From IMG/VR virus record IMGVR_UViG_3300047994_000374, positions 186,001 through 250,000 of that record: a DNA stretch of 64,000 nt. One strand, written 5' to 3'. This document shows positions 1 to 10,900 of the stretch, one piece after another. A program made the translations under genes and the position numbers. Under the pieces are notes generated by a model. It was not told where the DNA came from, made no database searches, and worked only from the letters and a program-made list of their open reading frames with translations. Position 1 is the stretch's first letter. Every line of letters starts with the position of its first letter.

Positions 1-150
1 ATCATATAATAAAGAAAGTTGGGCTGCGGGACCTTCAATAAATAGATCGCGAGCTACTGAACCGGGCGAGGTCGTCATGTTAGGCTGCGCCAGACGAAAA
101 AAATCGAGCAGATTTAAAATAATTTCTGACGATGACCTTAAGTTTACCAA
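1..150 (-). CDS. 5' end of baseplate J/wedge-like protein (runs off window edge; absent from ORF track)
   Basis: TTG start at 150 preceded by AAGGAG. The frame is open to base 1: MVNLRSSSEIILNLLDFFRLAQPNMTTSPGSVARDLFIEGPAAQLSLLYD. It lies directly downstream of the gp25-like gene, the usual position of baseplate J. Confidence 0.65.
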   Translation of the reverse strand, partial: MVNLRSSSEIILNLLDFFRLAQPNMTTSPGSVARDLFIEGPAAQLSLLYD

Positions 151-168
151 AATCGCTCCTTATATAAC

Positions 169-176
169 TATATATC
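169..176 (-). promoter_or_regulatory. GATATATA upstream motif (putative late promoter)
   Basis: 18 nt upstream of the TTG at 150. Confidence 0.5.
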
Positions 177-192
177 GCTTACTTTCTTATAT

Positions 193-636
193 TTATTGAT
201 TTGTTTGGATATTTGAAACAGTAAATCCTGTAGAAACTTGTTGGAAGCCCTTGGTTATAACATTGATTGTGATGCTAAAAAGTCGCGGATCAATAGTGCT
301 TCGTCCAACATCTAATGCTAAAATTGCAGCTAACTGTTCATCTGCACTTACCTGTTGAAAAGATTTTACTTGAAGCGCTTGAAGCTGTTGTAAATTAGTG
401 AGCGCTGTATTAAGTTGTGATTTGGCAATTTGAACAAGAGCATCTGATGCCATAGCAGAACCAATAATCGAGCGAGACAAATAAGATCCATAGCCTGGCT
501 GACTTGGATTACTACCGATATCTGTTAAGCAAATTTTTAATATATCTTGTGTGAGTTTTGCCGCATCTTTAACGGTCTGTAATTGACCGTTTGCGATAAC
601 TAAGTCGCCATTCACCAATTGTAAGTCAAAAGACAT
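193..636 (-). CDS. gp25/GpW-like baseplate wedge / sheath initiator
   Basis: 147 aa. Patterns DLVIANGQL..KLTQDILKICLT..GSNPSQPGYGS and DPRLFSITINV resemble the gp25 family, and the gene sits in the baseplate cluster. Confidence 0.7.
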   Translation of the reverse strand: MSFDLQLVNGDLVIANGQLQTVKDAAKLTQDILKICLTDIGSNPSQPGYGSYLSRSIIGSAMASDALVQIAKSQLNTALTNLQQLQALQVKSFQQVSADEQLAAILALDVGRSTIDPRLFSITINVITKGFQQVSTGFTVSNIQTNQ

Positions 637-676
637 ATTTCCTCACAATGATGCAAAATTATTAGGACAGTCTTAA

Positions 677-2431
677 TTAAACGTTGGAGGCATTGTTATT
701 TAATGTGTCCGCAAATATAATGTCCATTATTTGATATAATCCTTGAATATTATAAGCTAAAGTAGCCATGGCACCTGGAAGATTGCCTGTGTTATCTACA
801 TTGGTTCCGAGAGCTTGGTTCATTCGGTTAATTGAATCGCTATCCAGAAATTCCAGTAAATCTGTTTCACTCATCAAATACAATCCGCCCATAATCGCAA
901 TAATATCGCAAAGACCAAATCCAGAATACTCGCCCATAATCTGCTCAATGGTTTGAAGGGCTTGTCCAGCTTGATTTAACTGCTGATCTCGTAATGAATT
1001 AAGTTTGTCCAAGGTTGTTGTAGCATTGTCACCATAAGATGAACTTGAATCTGTTCCAAAGGTTAATGAGAATGCCTTAAAAGCGAATGAACCAACATCA
1101 GGTGTAGAATTATCGGTTGAACCTGCGCTTGTTAAATTATTAATTGTGGTTTGTGCTGACTTAAAAATAATATCAATATCTTTAGGCGTAACTAAATTTG
1201 ATGACATTGTGGATGAGATAATTACTGGCTGGCTTGTAATACCACCCTCAACACCACTGGAAGAAACCTTGGGTAAGAAATAATAAAGACCCTGCGCTTT
1301 TTGGACGATCTTAAGTGATTCAACTAATTTCGTCATCATACTTTGAATAATAGATAAATATTGCGCGAAAGAATTTTGTTGTGAATAAATATTGGCAGAA
1401 CTTACTTGATTAACAAGCACGCTATCTTGAATTGTTTTTACCGACTTAATATAATCAATAATATTTTGATTTGCCGTCCCCACATCTTGACTTTGTGCAA
1501 ATTTTTCTCGAATAATCTTTTCAAGTAATGGTCGTTGAGCATAAGCCGTCGCACTTGCCTTTAAAAAAGTCTGATCTGGAACAAATGGAACAGCCACTCG
1601 TTTAGCTACATTGGCATGAGTTCCCGAATCAACCGGATAAACACTAAAGTCAATGCGAGGATCGACAATAAATGGTTTTATGATATGGCTATGTGATCCC
1701 AATAAATTTAGATTAGGGAAATTGCCATTTGCATCTTGAAAATTAGCTAATGGAACTTCAACATTTCCGACTAAACTTGACATTCCATTTTGATTTAAAG
1801 AGTATGACTGATTTAATGGATTGATATCAAATGCGTCAGAACTAATTGTAAATGGAGCGTTGAATTGACGAATATTAATTGTGCTATTAACGCCATAAGT
1901 CCCAGATGTTAATGCTAAAACACTTGAATCAATGCTGCCAGGAATAGAAAACACTTTCGCGTTATTTACTACATACTGTTCTCGTGCAAAAGATAATTTT
2001 TCGAAGCCTGCTATTGGATTGCTTGCGATTTTAATTTTATCTTGCAATCCAATTCTTCTTATGATTGGAGTTCCGTTGGTGTCAGTTTGTTTAACGATAT
2101 CGAAGCCAGGATTGTAAAAATTGTAATTAGCATCGACCACTGGGAATCCAATAATTCGATAAAAAGTATGACAACGACTTTCTTGAACCAATGATCCTGG
2201 CGTGGTTGTATTGGGAGTGCTATTTGATCCAGAGCCATCTATATTCAACGATGCAAACAGTTTAGCTCCAGTTTGTTGGGTAATAGAAATATTAATTTGG
2301 CTTCGTAAATCATCAATTGCGACATTATCATTGTTTCCGGTTTGACCAGAAATAAAATCTTCAAACATCGTCTTGACATCGATATTAAAATTCTGATTAT
2401 CTTGGAAATTATCCTGTGGAGTTGAAGCCAT
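677..2431 (-). CDS. hypothetical virion/baseplate-associated protein
   Basis: 584-aa ORF, N/S/T-rich like its structural neighbours, overlapping the upstream gene by 1 nt. No family motif recognised. Confidence 0.6.
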   Translation of the reverse strand: MASTPQDNFQDNQNFNIDVKTMFEDFISGQTGNNDNVAIDDLRSQINISITQQTGAKLFASLNIDGSGSNSTPNTTTPGSLVQESRCHTFYRIIGFPVVDANYNFYNPGFDIVKQTDTNGTPIIRRIGLQDKIKIASNPIAGFEKLSFAREQYVVNNAKVFSIPGSIDSSVLALTSGTYGVNSTINIRQFNAPFTISSDAFDINPLNQSYSLNQNGMSSLVGNVEVPLANFQDANGNFPNLNLLGSHSHIIKPFIVDPRIDFSVYPVDSGTHANVAKRVAVPFVPDQTFLKASATAYAQRPLLEKIIREKFAQSQDVGTANQNIIDYIKSVKTIQDSVLVNQVSSANIYSQQNSFAQYLSIIQSMMTKLVESLKIVQKAQGLYYFLPKVSSSGVEGGITSQPVIISSTMSSNLVTPKDIDIIFKSAQTTINNLTSAGSTDNSTPDVGSFAFKAFSLTFGTDSSSSYGDNATTTLDKLNSLRDQQLNQAGQALQTIEQIMGEYSGFGLCDIIAIMGGLYLMSETDLLEFLDSDSINRMNQALGTNVDNTGNLPGAMATLAYNIQGLYQIMDIIFADTLNNNASNV

Positions 2432-4590
2432 TAGCTATCCCTGCTTAAATCGCCACCGTCACGCAGCGGCTTGCCATCCGTATCGTCGTCTCCGGTTGGG
2501 CTGAGTGGGAACTTGCTGCCTGCTCCGAATCCAGTCTGAATGAATTTGTATGGAAGTGTTTGGATGGTATGGCTGGGCGCTGATCCATCTGTTGGCAAAA
2601 TATTTGTTGATAGTAAGTTATTATCAAAAGCTACTTGAATTTGTCCAGAACCACTAATGTCACTTGTGATTTGTGCATTGAAAGCTTGATATCCGTCGTA
2701 TGCGAAATTGGTTATTTTACCAAATGTTATATATGGAGTAATTCGAGCGGCCAAATCATCTGCAATTGTCGTAGGAATATTGGCTGTGAGTGAAGTGCCA
2801 TTAATTTCATTTAAATTGACAGTCACTTCAATGGGCAAGGTAGTAAATTGAACGGATGGATCGATTGCTAACGTGCTCTTGGAAGCATCAAAACCAATTC
2901 CGATAATTGCTCCGATAGCATTTGTAGTGTCATCCTGTAGCTTTGTTAAACAGGTCATTGCAGTGGCTTGAAATTGCGCCACGCCTTGTACGGTTAAGTT
3001 TCCTCTTAATCCAGAGATCGCCGTTTGAAGACATGCGAGGGCGGCATTTGGATCTGGGAAAGAAGGGCCGTTAACAAGATTGCCAAGATCTGCAAATTTT
3101 AAATTGACATCGGAGAAAATAACATTATTAACGAACGCGCGATTAAACGAAACGGTGGGCTCACAGCCAAGCGTAACTAAATTCTTTTGAAGAAGAACGG
3201 GCATATTTGGTTTAAAGGTGTATTGTGCATTTGCAAAAACATAGCCATCTGTGTTTGATAAAATTGGATTGGTTGCATACTCTGCTGGCATATGAAGAAA
3301 ATTATTTAAAGTTGCTTGATCGGAAACTGAAGAAATTCCATCTGAAGCAAATCCAGTTAATTTCGTAGTGCCATCCATTTCAAATCCTAAACCGCCTGCA
3401 ATTTCTAATACTCCATTCGTGATATTTGTCGTTCCGTTATCATATGTAATTAAATTTCTTGTTGGAGCAGATAATACAATGCAATCTTTAAAAACAATAT
3501 TGCGTGGAATGCCTGCACGACCCCAAGGCACTGGATTATAAAATAATTGAAGATCTACGGTATAGGCAGCTTGTGTTGGCGAGGTTGTTGCAGTATAAAC
3601 TGAATCGGTTGGGAAAAAGATTGGTTTTGGTGAAACGGTGACATCATAACCATCAACAATATTTATGAATGCTTGTGGTGCGGTCTGCTGAGCGTCATAG
3701 AGTTGCCAGGTTTCTGGACGAAGATCGACATTTAAATTATTAAGTGGTGGAGGCAGAACGATAGAAGTTTTATATCCTACTTCACTTAAATATTGAAGGG
3801 TGCCCGTCGTGTTTGTATAAATTGATTGAACAATGGAGGGGCAAACGGATGTGTCGCAACATGAATCAGCATCATCGCCTGCACAGGGCGGAATTTTGAA
3901 AACTAAACTCAGGATATCTTTAAATATCTGAATAATTATACCGAATAGAGCAAGAAGAACAAACATGTTTTGAAAGATGCATAAAAGAGATCCTAATTTC
4001 ATTGCAATAGCCAAAACGCCGTTTGCATCACTATTCTGGAATGCCTTATTGAGAGCATTAATGTTTCTTAATATGGCCTCGATTAATTTTAAAAGTTGTT
4101 CAATGAGGTAGATTATTAATTGAAGAATAAGTAGTAAAATACTTAGGATCATGATAATGATTGCCAGCACAGGAAATAAAGTCAAAAAATTTGGAAGGCA
4201 TTGTGTAAATAATCGATCCAATGCTTTTATCAGCTTGATTGGGTTAGGGATAGCGCATAAAATCTCGATAATACATAGTAATAATTCTATTACAGGAAGA
4301 ATCATTTTGTATGCCGCTAAGAAAGGAAGAAATTGATCAACAATTTTGATCAACGCATCTAATAAGTCGCGACCGGTATTCACTGGCAATTGAGCCCGAA
4401 TACTATTGCCAAACGGCATTAATACTGCTAGTTTTTGAAACAGATCTAGCAAGTCCTCGGGGACCCCAGTTGGAAATGGATTAAGATTCGGGATTGGTAA
4501 AGAAAACGGTATCCCGAAGCCCGGCAAACTAGGGCCGGAAGGTCCATCGGGGGGAGTTATAGAAATTGAATTCGGATCGCAAGGGCACAT
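2431..4590 (-). CDS. baseplate-region protein with very hydrophobic, Cys-containing N-terminal helical region
   Basis: 719 aa. Residues ~75-235 are long Leu/Ile runs (e.g. LFPVLAIIIMILSILLLILQLIIYLI); the C-terminal part looks beta-rich. Confidence 0.6.
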   Translation of the reverse strand: MCPCDPNSISITPPDGPSGPSLPGFGIPFSLPIPNLNPFPTGVPEDLLDLFQKLAVLMPFGNSIRAQLPVNTGRDLLDALIKIVDQFLPFLAAYKMILPVIELLLCIIEILCAIPNPIKLIKALDRLFTQCLPNFLTLFPVLAIIIMILSILLLILQLIIYLIEQLLKLIEAILRNINALNKAFQNSDANGVLAIAMKLGSLLCIFQNMFVLLALFGIIIQIFKDILSLVFKIPPCAGDDADSCCDTSVCPSIVQSIYTNTTGTLQYLSEVGYKTSIVLPPPLNNLNVDLRPETWQLYDAQQTAPQAFINIVDGYDVTVSPKPIFFPTDSVYTATTSPTQAAYTVDLQLFYNPVPWGRAGIPRNIVFKDCIVLSAPTRNLITYDNGTTNITNGVLEIAGGLGFEMDGTTKLTGFASDGISSVSDQATLNNFLHMPAEYATNPILSNTDGYVFANAQYTFKPNMPVLLQKNLVTLGCEPTVSFNRAFVNNVIFSDVNLKFADLGNLVNGPSFPDPNAALACLQTAISGLRGNLTVQGVAQFQATAMTCLTKLQDDTTNAIGAIIGIGFDASKSTLAIDPSVQFTTLPIEVTVNLNEINGTSLTANIPTTIADDLAARITPYITFGKITNFAYDGYQAFNAQITSDISGSGQIQVAFDNNLLSTNILPTDGSAPSHTIQTLPYKFIQTGFGAGSKFPLSPTGDDDTDGKPLRDGGDLSRDS

Positions 4591-5510
4591 TATTTAATTT
4601 CCTTCATATGCCTTACCCTATTAGTGCCATCTAATACATTTTGTTTACCAGATAGGGGGCGAATATTTTCTAATGCCCAACACTTCTTAAAATTATCATC
4701 TTTCATCGAAGTATAAGGAAGATCGCTTTGTAGAACAATGTGATCTATATGCCATACCCAAGTAGATTGATCATTATCGTTCCATGTATTAATATCATAT
4801 GGATTATTATTTGACCAGTTCATCCATGGTTCAAATAAATTTTCTAGATGTTTTACAAGACTCTTCATTGTATAGGGTAAAAATTTAGTTATAGAAGTTC
4901 CTGACTTACCATCTGGATTTTTACCATAATTTTTTATGGCTCGATTAATTTCAGTTGAGAATCTCTTCCTTAATTTATAAACCGGATCTAAATCTCTTCT
5001 ATTTTTTTCTCTTTTTCTTTCACTTGTATTTTTTTGAATACGATCGCAATCTCGACAAACCAATCTATTTTTAACAAGCATTTTTTCTACATCACATTTT
5101 TTGCAGACTCCGTTTTTTGGAACGGATTCTCGTCTATTTTTTGTTATTTTTTCTTTATTATTATAATATCTTGCTTTATTTGATAAGGCTAATGTTTCTT
5201 TATTATTTTGATAATAATTTCTTTTTGATGCTAAAACTGCTGGACGATTCTTTCGGCCATAAAAATAATCAGGATTGCCAGTAAAATTACAACAAATGCA
5301 AACTCTATCCAATTTTAATTTAATTGTTTTGGCTTCATTTCTTTCCGCTAGTTTTTGTTCTTTAGTTTTTCCGGAATTTTGTCGGCGTTTTGCATTTATA
5401 CTATCGCGATTTTCTTTTTGATATTTCTTATTGCACTCTCTGCAAAGATTACTGCCTTTACAAAATAAAGCTTCATCCCCACTAAACGAACATTTTGTGC
5501 ATGTTTTCAT
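4590..5510 (-). mobile_element. free-standing HNH homing endonuclease-like gene
   Basis: 306 aa, Lys-rich, with several CxxC pairs in the N-terminal half and a C-terminal WHIDHI...CWALENIRPL..KQN HNH-type motif. Inserted among structural genes. Confidence 0.75.
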
Positions 5511-5520
5511 ATCAACTAAC

Positions 5521-5528
5521 TATATATC
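5521..5528 (-). promoter_or_regulatory. GATATATA upstream motif (putative late promoter)
   Basis: 10 nt upstream of the HNH gene ATG. Confidence 0.5.
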
Positions 5529-5884
5529 CGTCAATTTTCAAACTTTTTTCAAATCGTTCCGCCCAACACACTAAGTATCATTGGCTTAAAAAATGTCGTA
5601 GGTCTAATTTAATTTAGCCATAAATATATTCTTTTATCATGTTTTATATTTAACTCTGTCGACTTTAATGCGCTTTTATAATAACAACTGCTTTAGCTCT
5701 TGACAAGAGGCAAAAGATTATTAAATTCAATATAAATGATCCGTTCGACTAAACATTATTTTCAACATGTCAATTCAGGAAAACTTCAATATGTTATTCA
5801 TAACTCCCAACTGCCGATATTTCATTGTTATTACTTGAGGAAATGGAATATGTTTAGAATGAATTGATCTTTTTGTTCTTTTCA

Positions 5885-7936
5885 TTAAATCGACCCTCCG
5901 AATACTTTCAATACCATTCGCTCTTGAAGTGTTAATGTTTCCGCTTGAATATCCAAATTACCGCCGGCAACTAATTTCATATCGCCCTTTGATTCAATGG
6001 AAATATTACCTGGGCTCAAAACAGTAATTCCATGACTATCTATGCGAATCATGTTGGAATATCCGCCGCCAGTAAAAATACGAAGGTCCAAAACTGCACC
6101 ATATGCGCCATCTTGACCTAAACTTGCAAACCGAGCATCCCCCGAAACTCCGAAACCACCAATCTGGAAATAAAAATCGCCGTCCATATTAATCATGGCG
6201 CTTCGTTGATTTTTATCACGCCCAATATTTGCCACCAAACCACCTGCGGCATCTAACCATAAACTCTGTCTATCTACAGTGTTCGCTCCGATTGACATTT
6301 CTAAAGAACCATCTAAATTAATGCTCCCTGATCTACCACCACTATTTGCATTGGGCCCAGTTGTTTGAATAGTTGTACTTACTATATTTTTAAGTTCTGG
6401 AATATAACTTAAATCAAGGGGATTTGCATCAATACCACTTTGATAACTAATGAAGTCTGAATTCTGGTGGACTAAACAAGTTTGCAAAATATCATGAAAG
6501 GGTTGTCCATGACGAATATGCGATCCAGTTAGGCGATCAATTGGAGTAGCAGGAGCATCACCAGCCATAATATTAATTGACCCGCGATCCGGAGTGGCAT
6601 CAAATCCACCTGATGCATTTGGAGTGAGCATAGGCGAGGCAATTGAATCCAAGAAAATATCTAAATTATCATCTCTGAACCATAATTTATTTGGATTGCC
6701 ATTATCTTCTGGACCAAATGTTGAGTAGTTCTCATATCGTGCTAATAATGGTATATTTCCAGTTTCAGAAGACGCGGGAACATTGACTTTGATTTGACCT
6801 TCTTTATCAATGTCCATAAAAAATCTTGAACGTTGTAATTTGGCGTTATAATTATCTGCATTGATATCAAGTGGTGGATTGGTATTTGTAAAAGTTGGAT
6901 TCGGGTCTTTTCTTGCATTAATTTCAAAATGATATGCCAATCCTTTTCTTTCAATACCACGGATATTAATAAAAGATTTCTCTTGATTGGTTGAAACATT
7001 AGATCGAATGGTAGATGACGGATCTTTTCCAATCGCCAATGGAGCCCTATTCATATCGAGAAGGTTGCCAAAAATATCGACAACCGTTCCCTTTACACTT
7101 TCCATCAAATAATTAGGAGCTACCAAACTTAAACTTAAAGTATCTGCACGAGATTTTCTACGATTGGGAGAAGTGTAATAAACATTTGAATTAGGCGATG
7201 AATTATATTTACTTGCCTCACTTAAATCGTCATCAACATTGGATTGATATTGAAATTCATAAACCATTTCCCGATGCTCTACGAAAGGAGGGTTCTTGGA
7301 CGACCCTGTAATTAAATCATTCGCCGTGGCAGATGGATCGAGCCCTATGAGTTTGTAAATAGGATCATAATTGTCATCTTCCAATTTGGTTTCAGGATCA
7401 AATTGGTTATTAGGCTTTAAATCTCTCTTGATTAATCCGCCAATAGATCGATAGGCTTGCGTCAGGTGATTTTCATTTTCAAAATTTAAAGTGATGAAAT
7501 TAGTTTTGGGAGACTTGGGGTTATTGGTATTGATATGAAGCTTACTTGTCGCCGAGCCAATAGAGATGTTATTTTGTAAGTCGAGTTTGATGGAAGTATC
7601 ATCATTCGATTGAATTAAAAGCTCACCCAAATTAAGTTGGGGGACGACGGATAAATTCTCGGCAAGGAATGAAACGAAATAATATTGACCGCCCGACGAA
7701 ATACCCACAATGACAGGAGTGTATTTAGCGGGCATAGAACCCATAAATAAGCCATTGTTATAAAATAAGGGAAAGGGGGCGGGGACCTGCACCGGAAGCG
7801 GTCTGGAGCCTTTCTGGGCTTGGGATTCGGCTAATTGAACATCCATCATCCCTGAAGAAGGATCATAAGAAACAATAAAGCCTCTTTTCAATAGTCCTGG
7901 AGGTGGGTCGAAAGAAGCTACGCCATTTTTAATCAT
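5885..7936 (-). CDS. baseplate central spike (gp5/gpV/VgrG-like)
   Basis: 683 aa. The N-terminal OB-fold-like GFIVSYDPSSGMMDVQL and the C-terminal short beta-strand repeats (GNISIESKGDMKLVAGGNLDIQAETL) are typical of spikes. Follows the hub gene. Confidence 0.6.
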   Translation of the reverse strand: MIKNGVASFDPPPGLLKRGFIVSYDPSSGMMDVQLAESQAQKGSRPLPVQVPAPFPLFYNNGLFMGSMPAKYTPVIVGISSGGQYYFVSFLAENLSVVPQLNLGELLIQSNDDTSIKLDLQNNISIGSATSKLHINTNNPKSPKTNFITLNFENENHLTQAYRSIGGLIKRDLKPNNQFDPETKLEDDNYDPIYKLIGLDPSATANDLITGSSKNPPFVEHREMVYEFQYQSNVDDDLSEASKYNSSPNSNVYYTSPNRRKSRADTLSLSLVAPNYLMESVKGTVVDIFGNLLDMNRAPLAIGKDPSSTIRSNVSTNQEKSFINIRGIERKGLAYHFEINARKDPNPTFTNTNPPLDINADNYNAKLQRSRFFMDIDKEGQIKVNVPASSETGNIPLLARYENYSTFGPEDNGNPNKLWFRDDNLDIFLDSIASPMLTPNASGGFDATPDRGSINIMAGDAPATPIDRLTGSHIRHGQPFHDILQTCLVHQNSDFISYQSGIDANPLDLSYIPELKNIVSTTIQTTGPNANSGGRSGSINLDGSLEMSIGANTVDRQSLWLDAAGGLVANIGRDKNQRSAMINMDGDFYFQIGGFGVSGDARFASLGQDGAYGAVLDLRIFTGGGYSNMIRIDSHGITVLSPGNISIESKGDMKLVAGGNLDIQAETLTLQERMVLKVFGGSI

Positions 7937-10900
7937 GGACCCGCCGAAGAGGTAGTCGAGCCATCAACTTGCTTAATTGAAACCCAACAATCAATAACAT
8001 AACCAAATAAAGCACCTCTTAATAATGTATTTTGATCTATAGCTTTTTGAGAATTCAAAGATATATTTGCCAATTGATTTCTGGCAGCATCGTGAGCTTT
8101 TTGGGATGGCGAACGGCGGTCATTCGGATCATCTAAATTAACAGAAACAATATTGACCGCATTAGATGGAAGGGTTGGGTTTTTAACCGGACTATTTCCA
8201 TCTAATTTAGGTCCCGTTGATCCGCCCGTTAAATATTGTTTCACCGTATTTGCGAAATCAAGAAGCTCGCCATCAGCAGAACCAGAAGTATTGTCATAAT
8301 ATAATCTCAATTCAACGGCAGCCTGAACATTGTTGCCAGCTGAATTGTTTTTATTAATAATATAGGCGGTTTGATAAAGAATATTATTCATAACAACATT
8401 ATTAGATGCGGCAACTGGATTTTGTGTATCGGTTTCATCGCCCGTATTAATTGAATTTAAAGAAAGAGATCCGTCTATTTGAACAACGCCCATATTTGTA
8501 TCGTTGCCTGAAGAATCTTGTCGCTGAATAATGGTTGAGCCACTTTCTTTGTTTTTATAAAGAAGCTTACCAACTGTATCCAAATAAGTAGGAATGTAAT
8601 CGCCTGGTGTATGACCGTATCCTAATTGAAGTGTTGTTGTAAAAGAAGTTCCTGATGCATATTCATGACTAACTGATGAAATGTAAAATAACATTCCCCG
8701 ATCTTCCAAATAAACAACCTCTCCTGGCTGCATAAATTCATTGCCAGAAATAAGGCATGTCCCTCCAAGAACCTCCGCTCGATTTCTTGATAAAACCATC
8801 GCCGCATAAGGACCGCATTGTGTTTCGGGGTCGCTTAAAAATGGAACTGGCAAAGAAGCTTGACTTTTAAAACCATAATTGCGCCACAAATCATAATCAA
8901 TTGCAACCGCTGATACTTGTCCGTTTCCTGATAACAATGAATTATCTAATCCGGCCGCACCTTGTCCCGCTCCAAATCCAAATCCAAGAGTTCCATGCAC
9001 TTCTACGGCTGTATATGGAGGTGCTTGCTCTGAAATGCTTAATGATTTTATTTGCGCGCGTTTAATCACATATCTTTGACCGGAACCAAAGCCATAATCA
9101 TCATAACTTTCATCTTCAATCATATGTTCATATACTTCTGGAATATAAGAATTATTATAATTTCCGGGAGTAATTAAGTTGTTACTTGTTGAGGAATCAT
9201 CATCTAATGATTTGTATTCCTGCGCATTTTTAACTGTATGATAAAAGAGTTTAACTGCGCGCTGCCATTGCTGAATATATGTTGTTATTTCTTGTGTGAC
9301 CTTAAAATAATCGATCGTTTGGGAAGAAGATATTTGAACGGGTGAATTTGGACCGTTTGAACTAACAATATAATCTTTTGTACTTAGTGATTGTCCTGAC
9401 TTGAAAGATATTCGACTAATTAAAGTTTGAACTACTGTCGATGATAAAATAGAAACATCTGGGGACAAAGATGTATTCAATCCGGCTTGGGCTGCATTTT
9501 GTTGTTGCAGTGCCTCAACCAAAATTGTATATCGAGCAGAATTATTAAATACTTGTTTTGTAGAACTTCCAACATCATTTAAATTTTGAGCGGTATTTGA
9601 AAGAGCAACATCTTGATTTGCCTGTTGAATAAGATTATTATAATCGTTAATGTTTCCAGAAGATGGGTCAGATAGAAAAATAAATATTCCTCCGAGACCC
9701 GAAGCTGCAGATGAAGAATTAATGTAGTTAGCTGAGTCTGAATCGTCATCTAAAAGAGATTTATGTCCCAAGATAGCGCAATCAAGTCTAATTTCATCTT
9801 CAAGAATTTCAATCTGTTGTTTTAAAGTATCTAATTGACTTTTAAACATATCATTTAAAAATTCTGGAAATACCTGAACACCGAGAGACTTCTTTAAATA
9901 CATCATCCGATAAAACACAGAGCTTGGCATTCGATTATATTGTGGAGAGCGAACTCGAATATGCCCTTGAGTATCAGCAAACACTTCAAGATTTAAAAGG
10001 TTAGCGACGTTCTCGATGTTTTGTTTAACAGATGTATAAGTGTTGCTATAAAGCTTCATCGCATTATTTGGAAGCTGATTAAATGCAGCTATATCATAAT
10101 CAACATCATAGTAATCATCTACGATAAATAAATTCTTGTCATCATTAGCCCTAACATCATAAGACATTCTACGCGTTAAGTAATTAAGTTGCTTGCGAAG
10201 ATTTTTTCTTGCGCCCGAATCAGATGGATCATATTTTGTATCTTGAAGGGAAGTGCTATCATAAGATGCATCTAAACCAGTATTGGCGGCAGTAGTTTTA
10301 TTATCATTTTGAATGCTTAAAAGTTGGCTTTGAATTTGTTTTTGTAAATTATTAATGGAGGCATTTAAATTTGTGATATCAGGACCGGCATTAGATTGAG
10401 CATTTGTGACTTTACTTGCCAATGCATTTACAGCTCCGAGCATTGCCGCCCGTTGATTGAGTTGAGAAAATTGTTGAAGTTGCGCATCCAAGGCAGCGTT
10501 CGTTTGAGATACCGATTGCTGTGCCTGCATGAATTGAGCAATAGCACTTTCATTCATGGTAAGATTTTTAAAAGGAATGAAATTTCCCCATAATGAATTT
10601 CTCTTTTGAAGTTCGTTCCTTAAATAACTGATAAATGATCCTGATGAACTTTGCTTGCTTTGTGGATCATTGCCCAAGCCGCCTAAACTTGATGCAGCAT
10701 TAAAAAATGTAGCAAAATTATAGGGGACACCAGAGATCAAAAGAGAAAGAACATTCATTACATCTAAACCGGCAAAAGGCTCAGTGAAAATATTAGGACT
10801 TCCAACTAAATTCGGATCATTATTCGTTGTTGTATTACCACTTTGAGTAAATACGCCGATGCCCTCTTTCCATTTATAAACTAATCCATCTGGAGCATAA

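Noticed and set aside
4590-5884. Possible group I intron containing the HNH gene and the 374-bp gap
   Set aside because: The flanking genes have plausible natural termini, the HNH gene has its own upstream motif, and no intron core elements were recognised.
5511-5884. Largest intergenic gap, with palindrome ctcttg-a-caagag containing TTGACA, and 36-43 codon ORFs
   Set aside because: No properly spaced -10, no tRNA, CRISPR or clear ncRNA structure, and the ORFs lack SD or protein-like features. Left unannotated.
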